From: Candidatus Eiseniibacteriota bacterium
GTDB taxonomy: Bacteria; Eisenbacteria; RBG-16-71-46
Assembly: GCA_963707915.1 (NCBI GenBank)
Contig: OY970178.1
Coordinates: forward strand, 480,001-544,000
DNA: 64,000 bases
Reading direction: 5' to 3'
In this document: positions 48,595 through 58,530 of the stretch, one piece after another
How positions within the stretch are numbered: position 1 is the first letter of the stretch
How the letters are laid out: every line of letters starts with the position of its first letter
Notes under the pieces: model-generated
The model's database searches: none
What the model saw: only the letters and a program-made list of their open reading frames with translations
What the model was told of the DNA's origin: nothing
Made by a program: the position numbers and the translations under genes

Positions 48595-50478
48595 CTGAGC
48601 CCTGACGCTTACCCGGGCGATCTGCCCGACGGCCTGGACGCCTGTGCTGCCGGCGACCTCGCGGGCAGTTGGGAGCTGGTCCGCGCGCTGACCGGGGCGC
48701 GGGACCTGGAGAGCCTGGAGCGCGGCGCGCTGGCCGCCGCGGTGCATCCGGCGGGGGCCGGCTTCGAGCGGGCCTGGCTCTTCGACTGGGACGCCGGCTC
48801 CGGCCGGCTCGAGGGCCGTGAGTCCGCCGGCTCGCCCGCCACCCCCATGTCGCTCGTCGCCTGGGTGGGGCGGCATGCGATGCCGCGCGGCGAACCGGAG
48901 GCGCGCACCCGGTCGCTGGCTCTTCGTCCGGAGCGCCTGGGTGCCGTGGTGGGCCAGGCGTGGAACCCGGGCGCGACGCCTTCCGCCGAGCCCGAGCCCG
49001 ACGCTCCGTGGGCCGGGGCCGCGCAGGTCGGCGCGATGGCGCTGCGCCGCTCGGGACTTCCCTGGGCGCTGGTCGTCGGCACGTGGAGCGCACCCCCGGA
49101 GCCCGAGCGGCGCCGGGCGCTGGAGGCGATCGCGGGCCTGTGCGGGCAGGCCGCGCGCGCGCTGGACCAGGAGCGCGAGGGCCGTCGTCGCACGTTGCAC
49201 GCGACCCTCCTCGCGCAGGCGGCGCACGCCGTCTGCGCCTCGCTCGATCTCACCGAGGTGCTGCAGCGGCTGACGCGCATCGCCGCGCAGGGCGCGGGTG
49301 CCCGCGGCGGAGCGCTGTGGGTCGCGGAACCGGGCGGCCTTCGTCTCGAGGTCGCGCACGGTCCCGCGGGCCGACGGGAGCGCACCGCGGGGGTGCTGCT
49401 CGGCCTCGCACGGAAGGTGGTCGAGGAAGGGCGGGCGCGCGTGGTGGACCGGGCGACCGAGGAGTTGCTGCTCGCGCCCGAGGCGGCCGCGGAGGTGGAG
49501 ACGGTGGTGGTCTGCCCGCTGGGCGTCGGCGGGCGCGTGCTCGGGGCGCTGGCCTGCTACGACCGCCAGCTCGCGCACCCGAGCGAGCGCGCCGGCTTCC
49601 CGGCGGCGGACGTGGAGCTCCTCGCCGCGCTCGCGGACCTTGCGGGGTTGGCGCTCGACCAGGCGGGGCGGTTCGCGGAGCTGCGCCAGGGTGAGCAGCA
49701 GCGACGCGAGCTGGCCGGTCGGCTGCAGCGGCAGGAGCGCATGGCCTGGCTCGGGGAGCTGGCCGGCCGCATGGCGCAGGAGACGCGCAACCCGCTGGCG
49801 TCCATCACCGCGTTCTCCCTGCGCACGCAGCGCACGCTCGCCGAGGACCACCCGGGCCGGGGCTACCTGGAGATCGTCCTGCGCGAGGCGGAGCGGCTCG
49901 AGCGCCTGCTGGGCGAGCAGCTCGGCTACGCGCCGTCGAGCGAGGGCGCGCTGCGGCTCGAGAACCTCAACGGCGTGGTGCAGGAGGTGCTCGCCGGGGC
50001 CGCCGACGCCCTGGTGCGCCGGCGCGTGCGGCTCGTCAAGAAGCTGGCGCCCGACCTGCCCACGCTGCTGCTCGACCGCGACCGCATCCAGCGCGTGGTC
50101 GCGAACATGCTCGAGAGCGCCCTCGAGTGCGTGGGGGTCGGCGGCCGTGTCCGCATCGAATCGCGCCGGCTCGGGGCCGCGGTGCTCCTGGAACTGGCGC
50201 ACGACGGCCCGCGCGCCCCGGGTGACCTGCTGGAGCAGGTCTTCGTGCCCTTCGCGAGCCAGCGGCCCGGCGGACCCGGGGTGGGGCTGGGCGTCGCGCA
50301 GCAGATCGTGCGCGAGCACGGCGGCGAGATCCGCGTGCGCAGCGACGGCGAGTGGGGGTGCGTGTTCTCCCTGAGCCTGCCGGTGATCGAGAACCAGGAT
50401 CGCCGGCGCGCGGGAGGGGGACGGCGCCGGAGCCGCTCCGACCGCCGCTCGCGACCACCCGACCCGGGACCGGTTTGA
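48595..50478 (+). CDS. GAF-GAF histidine-kinase-like protein with His-to-Gln H-box (pseudokinase)
   Basis: GAF domains, then AQETRNPL (normally AHE.RNPL), degenerate N and G1 boxes, G2 box GPGVGLGVA. The CTG start after GGAGG is inferred. Confidence 0.8.
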   Translation: MSPDAYPGDLPDGLDACAAGDLAGSWELVRALTGARDLESLERGALAAAVHPAGAGFERAWLFDWDAGSGRLEGRESAGSPATPMSLVAWVGRHAMPRGEPEARTRSLALRPERLGAVVGQAWNPGATPSAEPEPDAPWAGAAQVGAMALRRSGLPWALVVGTWSAPPEPERRRALEAIAGLCGQAARALDQEREGRRRTLHATLLAQAAHAVCASLDLTEVLQRLTRIAAQGAGARGGALWVAEPGGLRLEVAHGPAGRRERTAGVLLGLARKVVEEGRARVVDRATEELLLAPEAAAEVETVVVCPLGVGGRVLGALACYDRQLAHPSERAGFPAADVELLAALADLAGLALDQAGRFAELRQGEQQRRELAGRLQRQERMAWLGELAGRMAQETRNPLASITAFSLRTQRTLAEDHPGRGYLEIVLREAERLERLLGEQLGYAPSSEGALRLENLNGVVQEVLAGAADALVRRRVRLVKKLAPDLPTLLLDRDRIQRVVANMLESALECVGVGGRVRIESRRLGAAVLLELAHDGPRAPGDLLEQVFVPFASQRPGGPGVGLGVAQQIVREHGGEIRVRSDGEWGCVFSLSLPVIENQDRRRAGGGRRRSRSDRRSRPPDPGPV

Positions 50479-50502
50479 CCCGTTTGCGGCGGGCGTGATA
50501 AT
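50475..50502 (+). promoter_or_regulatory. Sigma-70-type promoter of the tRNA pair
   Basis: TTGACC-N16-GATAAT. Confidence 0.5.
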
Positions 50503-50563
50503 CGTGTGCGGTCTGCCGGGCCTGCCGGTGGCGCCTCCGCGCGGCGCGCCCGACGGATGCGGT

Positions 50564-50639
50564 GCGACCCTAGCTCAGTTGGTAGAGCACGTGACTGAAA
50601 ATCACGGTGTCCCCAGTTCGATTCTGGGGGGTCGCACCA
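50564..50639 (+). tRNA. tRNA-Phe(GAA)
   Basis: 76-nt cloverleaf: GCGACCC/GGGTCGC acceptor, CGTGA-CTGAAAA-TCACG anticodon arm, TTCGA, encoded CCA. Confidence 0.97.
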
Positions 50640-50694
50640 TAGCAGTGCCGGTGGAGGTCGGGGTCGTGCGCCCGCGTTCGCCGGAGGAGAGAGA

Positions 50695-50770
50695 GCCGGT
50701 GTAGCTCAGTTGGTAGAGCATGCGATTCGTAATCGCAAGGTCAACGGTTCGACCCCGTTCACCGGCTCCA
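50695..50770 (+). tRNA. tRNA-Thr(CGT)
   Basis: 76-nt cloverleaf: GCCGGTG/CACCGGC acceptor, TGCGA-TTCGTAA-TCGCA anticodon arm, encoded CCA. Confidence 0.97.
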
Positions 50771-51095
50771 CAGATGCCCCGCAGGTGCGAGGTCTTCGGA
50801 AGAACGCGGCGGCGGCTGCCGACCGGCCGCCTCCGAGCTGGCGGGCACCTCGGGCGAAGCGGCCCCGGCGCGCGTGCGCCGGGGCCGCTCCGTCTCCGGG
50901 GTCGCTCGCGGTGCGGCTCCGGTTGGCGCCGTTGCGCATTGTTTGGCAGTATCCGGCGGTGCCGGATCGGATACGCGCTCGAGCGACCGGCGGTCCGGAC
51001 AGGTTCATGGGCGCGAGCCCCGGGCCGAAGGCGCGGGGAAGGCCCGGCCCGGCGATCCGGCGCGGCGGGCGGTGGCCCTGGGAGGGGCCCGGACG

Positions 51096-52445
51096 ATGAC
51101 CTCACCCTTGATGATCAGCGTGGCGGGCGTGCGTGGCGTGGTAGGGGACTCGCTGACCCCGCCGGTGGTGACGCGGTTCTCGGCGGCCTTCGCCCGCTCG
51201 CTCGGTCCGGGTCCGGTGGTCGTGGGCCGCGACGGGCGGCCCTCGGGCCCCGTGGTCTATCACGCCGTGGCCGCCGGGCTGCGCTCGGCCGGCCGCGAGG
51301 TCGTGGACCTCGGGCTCGCGACCACCCCGACCACCGAGATCGCGGTCGAGCACCTGGGCGCGGCGGGGGGCGTGATCATCACCGCGAGCCACAACCCCGC
51401 GCCGTGGAACGCGCTCAAGTTCCTCTCGTCGCGCGGCGAGTTCCTCGGGCCGGTCGAGGGCGCCGCGGTGCGCGCGGCGTTCGAGGCGGACGCGGACCTC
51501 TGGGTGGAGGCCGCCGCGCTGGGAGGCGAACGCGCCGAGTCGGCCGCGCTCGACTGGCACCTCGAGCGCGTGCTCGGGCTCGACGTGCTGGACCTCGGCG
51601 TGATCCGCGCCCGCGCCCTGCGCGTGGTGGTGGACGGCTGCTCGAGCGTCGGGGGCCTCGCGGTGCCGCCGCTGCTACGCGCGTTGGGCGCACAGGTGGT
51701 CGAGCTGGACTGCGTGGCGGACGGCGACTTCCGCCGCGAGCTCGAGCCGCTGCCCGAGCACCTCGGCGGCCTGTCGCGCGCCGTGGTCGAGTCCGGTGCG
51801 GACTTCGGCGTCGCGCTCGACCCCGACGGCGACCGCGCGGCGTTCGTGGACGGCGCGGGCGTGCCGCTGGGGGAGGAGTTCACGCTGGCCCTCGGCCTGC
51901 AGGTCGTGCTGGCGCGGCGGCGCGGCCCGGCGGTGACAAACCTATCCACCTCCCGTATAGTCGACGCGGTCTGCACCCGCGCGGGCGTGCCCCTTCACCG
52001 CACGCCGGTGGGCGAGGCGCACGTCGTGGCGGGAATGCGCGCCTGCGGCGCGGTGGCGGGAGGGGAGGGCAACGGCGGGATGATCCTGCCGGCGGCCCAC
52101 CACGGACGCGACGGCCTGGTGGCCGCGGCGCTGGTGGCGCAGGCGGTGGCGGCGGGAGGCGTCAGCCTGCGCGTCCTGGCGGACGCGCTTCCCGTGCTGC
52201 ACATGGTCAAACGCAAGTTCCCGCTGGTCGGGGGGAGCTGGGAAGGCCCTTCGGGCCGGTTGCTGCGTCGTTTCGCCGGTCACGGGGTGAACGAGGCGGA
52301 CGGGCTGCGGTTCGACCGCGGCGAGGAGTGGGTGCATGTGCGGCCCTCGGGCACCGAGCCGGTGGTCCGCATCATCGCGGAAGCCCCCGCGGCGGAGCGC
52401 GCGCTGGAGTTGATCGAGCAGGCGCGCGAGGCGTTGCAGGGGTAG
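51096..52445 (+). CDS. glmM: Phosphoglucosamine mutase (alpha-D-phosphohexomutase)
   Basis: GVRG, GRDGR, ITASHNP, DPDGDR, GGEGNGG, RPSGTEP; adjacent to glmS. Confidence 0.85.
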   Translation: MTSPLMISVAGVRGVVGDSLTPPVVTRFSAAFARSLGPGPVVVGRDGRPSGPVVYHAVAAGLRSAGREVVDLGLATTPTTEIAVEHLGAAGGVIITASHNPAPWNALKFLSSRGEFLGPVEGAAVRAAFEADADLWVEAAALGGERAESAALDWHLERVLGLDVLDLGVIRARALRVVVDGCSSVGGLAVPPLLRALGAQVVELDCVADGDFRRELEPLPEHLGGLSRAVVESGADFGVALDPDGDRAAFVDGAGVPLGEEFTLALGLQVVLARRRGPAVTNLSTSRIVDAVCTRAGVPLHRTPVGEAHVVAGMRACGAVAGGEGNGGMILPAAHHGRDGLVAAALVAQAVAAGGVSLRVLADALPVLHMVKRKFPLVGGSWEGPSGRLLRRFAGHGVNEADGLRFDRGEEWVHVRPSGTEPVVRIIAEAPAAERALELIEQAREALQG

Positions 52446-52458
52446 GGGGGTCCTTCTC

Positions 52459-54291
52459 ATGTGCGGCATCATCGGCTACGTGGGGCTCAGGCCCTGCCTT
52501 CCCATCATGATCGAGGGCCTGAAGCGGCTCGAGTATCGCGGCTACGATTCCGCGGGGGTGGCGGTGCAGACGCCGGAGGGGCTGCGCGTCATCAAGGCGG
52601 CGGGCAAGATCCGCGAACTCGAAGCGCGCCTGCCGAAGGAGGGCCTGACCGGCACGGTCGGCATCGCGCACACGCGCTGGGCCACTCACGGCGAACCCAA
52701 CGACACGAACGCCCACCCGCACATGGACTCGTTCGGGCAGCTCGCCCTGGTGCACAACGGCATCATCGAGAACTACGCCGTGCTCAAGGCCGCCCTGCAG
52801 GCCGAGGGCCGCGTGTTCACCACCGAGACCGACACCGAGGTGCTCGCGCAGCTCATCGAGAAGTACCGGCAGCGCGGGCTGAAGCTCGAGCAGGCGGTGG
52901 TGAAGGCCCTGGCCGACGTCGAGGGCACCTACGGTATCGCGGTGGTCTGCGCGGACGAGCCGGACACCGTGGTGGGCGCGCGCAAGGGCAGCCCGCTGGT
53001 CGTGGGCGTCGGGGACGGCGAGTACTTCCTGGCCTCGGACGTCGCGCCGCTGGTGGACCACACGCGGCAGGTGGTCTACCTGGACGACGGTGAGATGGCG
53101 GTGCTCACGCCCGCGGGGTTCCACACCGCGACCATCAAGGCGGAGCGCATCGACAAGGCGGTCCACGAGGTGGAGTGGGACCTGGCCCAGATCGAGAAGG
53201 GCGGCTTCCCGCACTTCATGCTGAAGGAGATCTTCGAGCAGCCGGTCTCGGTGCGGAACTCGATGCGCGGCCGCCTCGACGTGAAGGAGGGCCTGGCGCG
53301 GCTGCACGGCCTCAACCTGACGGACGAGGAGTTGCGCGAGATCCGGCGCCTCATCATCCTGGGATGCGGCACCTCGTGGCACGCGGGGCTGGTCGGCGAG
53401 TACCTGATCGAGGAGCACGCGCGGGTCCCGGTCGAGGTCGAGTACGCTTCCGAGTTCCGCTACCGCAACCCGGTGGTGGGCGACGGGACGAGCGTGCTGG
53501 TGATCTCCCAGTCGGGAGAGACCGCCGACACGCTGGCGGCGATGCGCGAGGCGCAGCGCCGGGGATCCCGCGCGCTGGGGATCGTGAACGTGGTCGGTTC
53601 CACGATCGCGCGCGAGTCGGACGGCGGCGTGTACATCCACGCCGGACCCGAGATCGGCGTGGCCTCGACCAAGGCGTTCACCGGACAGGTGGCGGTGTTG
53701 TCGCTCCTGACGCTCGCCCTGGGACGGCTGCGCGAGATGAGCGCGGACGCCGGCATCCAGCTGGCGCGCGAACTGGACTCGATCCCGTCGAAGATGGAGC
53801 GCATCCTGGAGCGCAGCGACGCGATCCGGACCATCGCCGAATCGTACTGCCACCACAACAACTTCCTGTACCTCGGGCGCGGCTACCAGTTCCCGGTGGC
53901 GCTCGAGGGGGCCTTGAAGCTCAAGGAGATCTCCTACATCCACGCCGAGGGCTACCCGGCGGCCGAGATGAAGCACGGTCCGATCGCGCTCATCGACGAG
54001 CACATGCCGGTCGTGTTCCTGTCCACCCGCGACAGCGCCTATGACAAGGTGATGAACAACATCATGGAGGTGCGCGCGCGCAAGGGCGCGATCATCGCGA
54101 TCGCGACCGACGGCGACACCGACGTGGCGCACCACGCCGACCACGTCATCCACGTGCCGCAGACCCTGTCGATGCTGCAGCCGCTGCTCACCGTGATCCC
54201 GCTCCAGCTGCTGGCCTACCACATCGCGGTGCTGCGGGGCTGCGACGTGGACCAGCCCCGGAACCTGGCGAAGAGCGTCACGGTCGAGTGA
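52459..54291 (+). CDS. glmS: Glutamine--fructose-6-phosphate aminotransferase
   Basis: MCGIIG, EYRGYDSAG, HTRWATHG, SQSGET, PRNLAKSVTVE. Confidence 0.97.
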   Translation: MCGIIGYVGLRPCLPIMIEGLKRLEYRGYDSAGVAVQTPEGLRVIKAAGKIRELEARLPKEGLTGTVGIAHTRWATHGEPNDTNAHPHMDSFGQLALVHNGIIENYAVLKAALQAEGRVFTTETDTEVLAQLIEKYRQRGLKLEQAVVKALADVEGTYGIAVVCADEPDTVVGARKGSPLVVGVGDGEYFLASDVAPLVDHTRQVVYLDDGEMAVLTPAGFHTATIKAERIDKAVHEVEWDLAQIEKGGFPHFMLKEIFEQPVSVRNSMRGRLDVKEGLARLHGLNLTDEELREIRRLIILGCGTSWHAGLVGEYLIEEHARVPVEVEYASEFRYRNPVVGDGTSVLVISQSGETADTLAAMREAQRRGSRALGIVNVVGSTIARESDGGVYIHAGPEIGVASTKAFTGQVAVLSLLTLALGRLREMSADAGIQLARELDSIPSKMERILERSDAIRTIAESYCHHNNFLYLGRGYQFPVALEGALKLKEISYIHAEGYPAAEMKHGPIALIDEHMPVVFLSTRDSAYDKVMNNIMEVRARKGAIIAIATDGDTDVAHHADHVIHVPQTLSMLQPLLTVIPLQLLAYHIAVLRGCDVDQPRNLAKSVTVE

Positions 54292-54310
54292 GGCCGCGGC
54301 GGAGGAGCCC

Positions 54311-54712
54311 ATGAAGACCCCCCTGAACGTCCCGGACGCGCCGGCCGCGATCGGCCCCTACAGCCAGGCGCAGGTCGTGCGTCTCCACGGCGGCAGCCGG
54401 ATGGTCTACACCTCCGGCCAGCTCGGGCTCGACGCGGCCAGCGGGAAGCTGGCCGGGGGCGGGATCGCCGGGCAGGCGGAGCAGGCGCTGCGCAACCTCG
54501 CCGCGGTGTTGCGCGGGGCGGGGCTGACGCTCGCCGACGTGGTGAAGACCACCGTCTACCTCGCGGACATGGCGGACTTCGGGGCCATGAACGAGGTCTA
54601 CGGGCGGCACTTCGCCAGCGACCCGCCCGCACGGACGACGATCGCCGCGGCCGGCCTGCCGAAGGACGCGCGGGTCGAGATCGAGGCGGTGGCGGTCGGA
54701 CGCGAGCCCTGA
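54311..54712 (+). CDS. ridA: RidA/YjgF family enamine deaminase
   Basis: APAAIGPYSQA, SGQ, VVKTTVYL, PART, LPK..VEIE. Confidence 0.9.
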   Translation: MKTPLNVPDAPAAIGPYSQAQVVRLHGGSRMVYTSGQLGLDAASGKLAGGGIAGQAEQALRNLAAVLRGAGLTLADVVKTTVYLADMADFGAMNEVYGRHFASDPPARTTIAAAGLPKDARVEIEAVAVGREP

Positions 54713-54719
54713 GCGGCCG

Positions 54720-55778
54720 GTGAGCGAGCGACGACGCATCGAGGTGCGCCTCACCGCGCAGGTCGCCTGCGCTGGCTGAGCGTCCAAGCTGGGTCCGGCG
54801 GACCTGAGAGCCATCCTGAGCGGGCTGCCCGCACGACCGCGCGACCGGCGGGTGCTGGTGGACCAGTCCACCCTCGACGACGCGGGCGTCTTCGCCTTCG
54901 GCCGTGGCACGGCGCTGGTGCAGACGGTGGACTTCTTCACGCCGGTGGTGGACGACCCCTACGACTTCGGGCAGATTGCCGCGGCCAACGCGCTGTCCGA
55001 CGTCTACGCCATGGGCGGGCAGCCGCTCACCGCGCTGGCCATCCTGTGCGTGCCCGAGAAGCAGGTCGTTCCGGAGGTGCTGCGCGAGGTGCTGCGCGGC
55101 GGGCAGGACAAGATGCGCGAGGCGGGCGTGAGCATCGTGGGCGGCCACTCGGTGACCGACCCCGAGCTCAAGTTCGGCTACAGCGTCACCGGGGTGGTGC
55201 AGCGCCGCCGGCTGCTCACCAACGCGGGCGCGCGCCCGGGGGACCGCCTGGTGCTCACGAAGCCGCTCGGGACGGGCGTGCTGGCCACCGCGCTCAAGCA
55301 GGGCCGGCTCGACGCCGCGCAGACGCGCCGGCTGACGCGGACGATGGCGGCGCTCAACCGCGGCGCGGCCGAGGCGGCGGTGGAGTTCGGCGCGCACGCC
55401 GCGACCGACGTCACCGGTTTCGGGCTGGTCGGCCACGCGGCGCAGCTGGCCGAGGCGAGCGGCGTGACCCTTCGCCTGAGGCCGGTGCGGGGTTGGTTCC
55501 TGCCCCGCACGCTCGAGCTGGCGGAGCAGGGCGCGGTGGCGGGCGGGCTGAGGCGCAATCGCGAGTACTACGCCCCGGCGGTGGGCGGCGACGCGCTCGC
55601 GGAGCCGCTGGCCCTGGCCCTGCACGATCCGCAGACCTCGGGCGGCCTGCTGATCGCCTGCTCGTCCCGGCGGACGGCCGGCCTGCTCGTGGCGCTCAAG
55701 CGGCGCCGCGTGTGGGCCGCCGAGCTGGGCGAGGTGCTGCCGCGCGCGGCCCACGCGCTCGAGTTCGTCGCTCCCTGA
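54720..55778 (+). CDS. selD: Selenophosphate synthetase, selenocysteine-containing (UGA at codon 20)
   Basis: GTG 54720 reads ...RLTAQVACAG-U-ASKLGP..., in frame with DDAGV, QTVDFFTP, NALSDVYAMGG, GGHS, TDVTGFGL, DPQTSGGLL. The TGA is at 54777-79. Confidence 0.92.
54788..54811 (+). promoter_or_regulatory. Candidate bacterial SECIS hairpin
   Basis: GCT-GGGTCC-ggc-GGACCT-gag-AGC; the G-containing apical loop starts 17 nt after the UGA. Confidence 0.6.
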
Positions 55779-55917
55779 CGGCGCGACGACCGCGCGAAGC
55801 GGCCGCGGCGGCCGGCGCCGGCCGGTCCGGACCGGGTTGGCGCGCGGGGCCGACTCTCTGGTAAGAGTGTAGCAATGGATCTCGTGCGAGCGGGCCCCGG
55901 TGGGGCGGCAGCGGTGC

Positions 55918-56015
55918 GGGAACGAATGGGATCTGGTGGTCCCCGGGGACTTCAAATCCCGCGGTCGGGCGTTAAGAGCGTCCGAGGTGGGTTCGATTCC
56001 CACGCGTTCCCGCCA
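55918..56015 (+). tRNA. selC: tRNA-Sec(TCA)
   Basis: 98 nt; 6-bp D stem GGGATC/GGTCCC, anticodon loop CTTCAAA, 9-bp variable arm, T arm GTGGG-TTCGATT-CCCAC, G discriminator plus CCA. Confidence 0.93.
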
Positions 56016-56048
56016 TTCCGACGACGGGCCGCCCGGCTCGTGGCGGGG

Positions 56049-56717
56049 ATGGCGGTGGTGCTGGCCCTGTGCGGTGGGCCGGGAGTGGCGCGGGCGATGC
56101 CGCCCCCAGGGCCCGCGGAGGCGGTCCCGCCGGCGCCGGCGCCGGCGGATGCGCTGGCTCCGTTGCCGGCGGACTCGAGCACGGGGAGCGACCAGGGTGC
56201 GACGGGGCCGCTCCTGGTGACGGGTGCGCGGCGGGGGGCACGCCTGGATCGTCGCGCGGACGGGAGTCCCGACACGGTGCGCGCGCGGGTCCGGCGCGGG
56301 CGGTTCGACACGCCGCGCTGGGTCATGCTGCGGTCGCTGGCGGTGCCGGGCTGGGGGCAGCTTCACAACGGGTCGTGGCTCAAGGCGGCCGTCCTGGGCG
56401 GCGGGGAGATCTGGATCGTGGCAGGGCTGGTGGACGACGATCGGCGCATGCGGCAACTCAAGGTGGAGGCGGACCTGGCGAAGTCGGAAGGGGACAGCGA
56501 GCGCTCCAACCAGCTGATCGACGCGTACAACAGCCGTCTCGACCGGTTCGTCGCGCGCCAGTGGTGGCTGGGAGGGCTGCTGATGTACGCGCTGATGGAC
56601 GCCTACGTGGACGCGCATTTCCGGGACTTCAAGGTGGAGTTCGAGTACGACCGCGCGCTGAAGGGCGGGAAGCCGCCGGCCGGCCAGACGAGGCTCTCGC
56701 TGCGGTGGGCGTTTTGA
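56049..56717 (+). CDS. DUF5683-like exported/membrane protein
   Basis: Signal peptide, [30 protein letters not shown]-terminal LRWAF. The start was moved downstream of tRNA-Sec. Confidence 0.7.
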   Translation: MAVVLALCGGPGVARAMPPPGPAEAVPPAPAPADALAPLPADSSTGSDQGATGPLLVTGARRGARLDRRADGSPDTVRARVRRGRFDTPRWVMLRSLAVPGWGQLHNGSWLKAAVLGGGEIWIVAGLVDDDRRMRQLKVEADLAKSEGDSERSNQLIDAYNSRLDRFVARQWWLGGLLMYALMDAYVDAHFRDFKVEFEYDRALKGGKPPAGQTRLSLRWAF

Positions 56718-58522
56718 GCGGATCGCGCCAGGACCGCATCCGCAACTTCTGCATCATCGCGCACATCGACCACGGCAAGAGCACGCTCGCCGACCGGTTG
56801 CTCGAGCTGACGCACACGCTCACGCCGCAGCAGATGAAGGCCCAGGTCCTGGACGACATGGACCTCGAGCGCGAGCGGGGCATCACCATCAAGTCGCACG
56901 CCATCGCCATGGAGTACACGGCCCGCGACGGCGCGACCTACGAGTTGAACCTCATCGACACCCCCGGGCACGTGGACTTCACCTACGAGGTGTCGCGCAG
57001 CCTGGCGGCCTGCGAGGGCGCGATCCTGGTGGTGGACGCCTCGCAGGGCATCGAGGCGCAGACCCTCTCGAACTACCTGCTGGCGCGCGAGCAGGGCCTG
57101 ACGCTGACCGCGGCCATCAACAAGGTGGACCTGCCGTCGGCGCGCCCGGACGACGTGGCGCTCGAGATCGAGCACGCCACCGGCCTGCCGGCCGAGCACG
57201 TGGCGCGGATCAGCGCCAAGACCGGGGTGGGCGTGACGGAACTGCTGGAGCAGGTCATCCGTGACATCCCGCCGCCGGCGGGCGACCCGGACCAGCCGCT
57301 GCGGGCCCTGATCTTCGATTCGCGGTTCGACCAGTACCGTGGCGTGGTCGCGCTGGTCCGGGTGGTGGACGGCCAGGTGCGGGCCGGCGACGCCATCCGC
57401 TTCCTCTCGACCGGGAAGGTCCACGAGGTCACCGAGGTCGGGCACCTGCGCCTGAAGCTCGAGCCCACGGAGACGCTGGGGGCCGGCGAGGTGGGGTACA
57501 TCGTGGCGGGCGTGAAGACCGTCGCGGACGCCCGCGTCGGCGACACGGTGGGTGCGGCGGGGACCGCGGAACTGGCCGCGCTGCCGGGGTTCCGCGAGGT
57601 GAAGTCCATGGTCTACTCCGGCCTCTACCCGATCGAGTCCGAGGGGTACGAGTCCCTGAAGGAGGCGCTGGCGAAGTTCGCCCTGAACGACGCCGCGCTG
57701 GTCTACGAGCCCGAGACCTCGGTCGCGCTGGGCTTCGGCTTCCGCTGCGGCTTCCTCGGCCTGCTCCACATGGAGATCGTCCAGGAACGGCTGCGCCGCG
57801 AGCACCAGCTCGACCTCATCGCCACCACCCCGAGCGTCGAGTACCACGTGCTGCTCGAGAGCGGCGAGCAGGTCAAGGTGGACAACCCGAGCCAGATGCC
57901 GTCCGCGGGGGACATCGTCCTGGTGGAGGAACCGTACGTGCTCTCGCACGTGCTCACGCCGGCCGAGTACCTCGGCGCGGTGATGAAGCTGTGCCAGGAC
58001 CGGCGCGGGGTGTTCGTGAGCCTCGACTACCTGGAGGAGCAGCGGGCGCGGGTCGCCTACCGGCTGCCGCTGGCGGAGATCGTGCTCGACTTCTACGACC
58101 GGCTGAAGAGCGTCTCGCGGGGCTACGCCTCCCTGGACTACGAGTTCGAGGGGTGGCGCGAAGGTGACGTCGTGAAGCTTGACATCCTCTTGAACGGCGA
58201 CCGCGTGGACGCGCTCTCGGCCATCGTCCACCGGGAGAAGGCCTACGAGTGGGGGCGCGACATCTGTGCGAAGCTCAAGGAGTTGATCCCGCGCCAGATG
58301 TTCCAGGTCGCCATCCAGGCGGCGCTGGGCGGCAAGGTGATCTCGCGCGAGACGGTCGGAGCGCTGCGCAAGAACGTCACGGCCAAGTGCTACGGTGGCG
58401 ATATCACCCGCAAGCGCAAGCTGCTCGAGAAACAGAAGGAAGGCAAGCGCCGTATGAAGCAGATCGGCACGGTCGAGGTGCCCCAGGAAGCCTTCCTGGC
58501 GGTGCTGAAGGTCGAACGTTAG
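56714..58522 (+). CDS. lepA: Elongation factor 4
   Basis: [52 protein letters not shown] start overlaps the upstream stop. Confidence 0.97.
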   Translation: MSGSRQDRIRNFCIIAHIDHGKSTLADRLLELTHTLTPQQMKAQVLDDMDLERERGITIKSHAIAMEYTARDGATYELNLIDTPGHVDFTYEVSRSLAACEGAILVVDASQGIEAQTLSNYLLAREQGLTLTAAINKVDLPSARPDDVALEIEHATGLPAEHVARISAKTGVGVTELLEQVIRDIPPPAGDPDQPLRALIFDSRFDQYRGVVALVRVVDGQVRAGDAIRFLSTGKVHEVTEVGHLRLKLEPTETLGAGEVGYIVAGVKTVADARVGDTVGAAGTAELAALPGFREVKSMVYSGLYPIESEGYESLKEALAKFALNDAALVYEPETSVALGFGFRCGFLGLLHMEIVQERLRREHQLDLIATTPSVEYHVLLESGEQVKVDNPSQMPSAGDIVLVEEPYVLSHVLTPAEYLGAVMKLCQDRRGVFVSLDYLEEQRARVAYRLPLAEIVLDFYDRLKSVSRGYASLDYEFEGWREGDVVKLDILLNGDRVDALSAIVHREKAYEWGRDICAKLKELIPRQMFQVAIQAALGGKVISRETVGALRKNVTAKCYGGDITRKRKLLEKQKEGKRRMKQIGTVEVPQEAFLAVLKVER

Positions 58523-58530
58523 GGGAACCC

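Noticed and set aside
48349..50319. 759-aa minus-strand ORF
   Set aside because: Only the last 102 codons (DUF3467, with its own RBS and promoter) look real. The rest is antisense to the kinase-like gene.
50771..51095. glmS ribozyme or integrated element after tRNA-Thr; overlapping hairpins at 50949-50974
   Set aside because: No ribozyme consensus, integrase or duplicated tRNA 3' end was seen. The 7-bp hairpins are within chance expectation at this GC content.
50495..51099. Small ORFs over the tRNA region
   Set aside because: They overlap two clear tRNA genes and have no protein motifs.
54777..54779. selD as a nonsense pseudogene
   Set aside because: The TGA falls exactly at the catalytic Cys/Sec position, with a SECIS-like hairpin and tRNA-Sec nearby.
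55875..56048. N-terminal extension of ORF 55875..56717
   Set aside because: It overlaps tRNA-Sec, and the signal peptide begins near 56040-56049.
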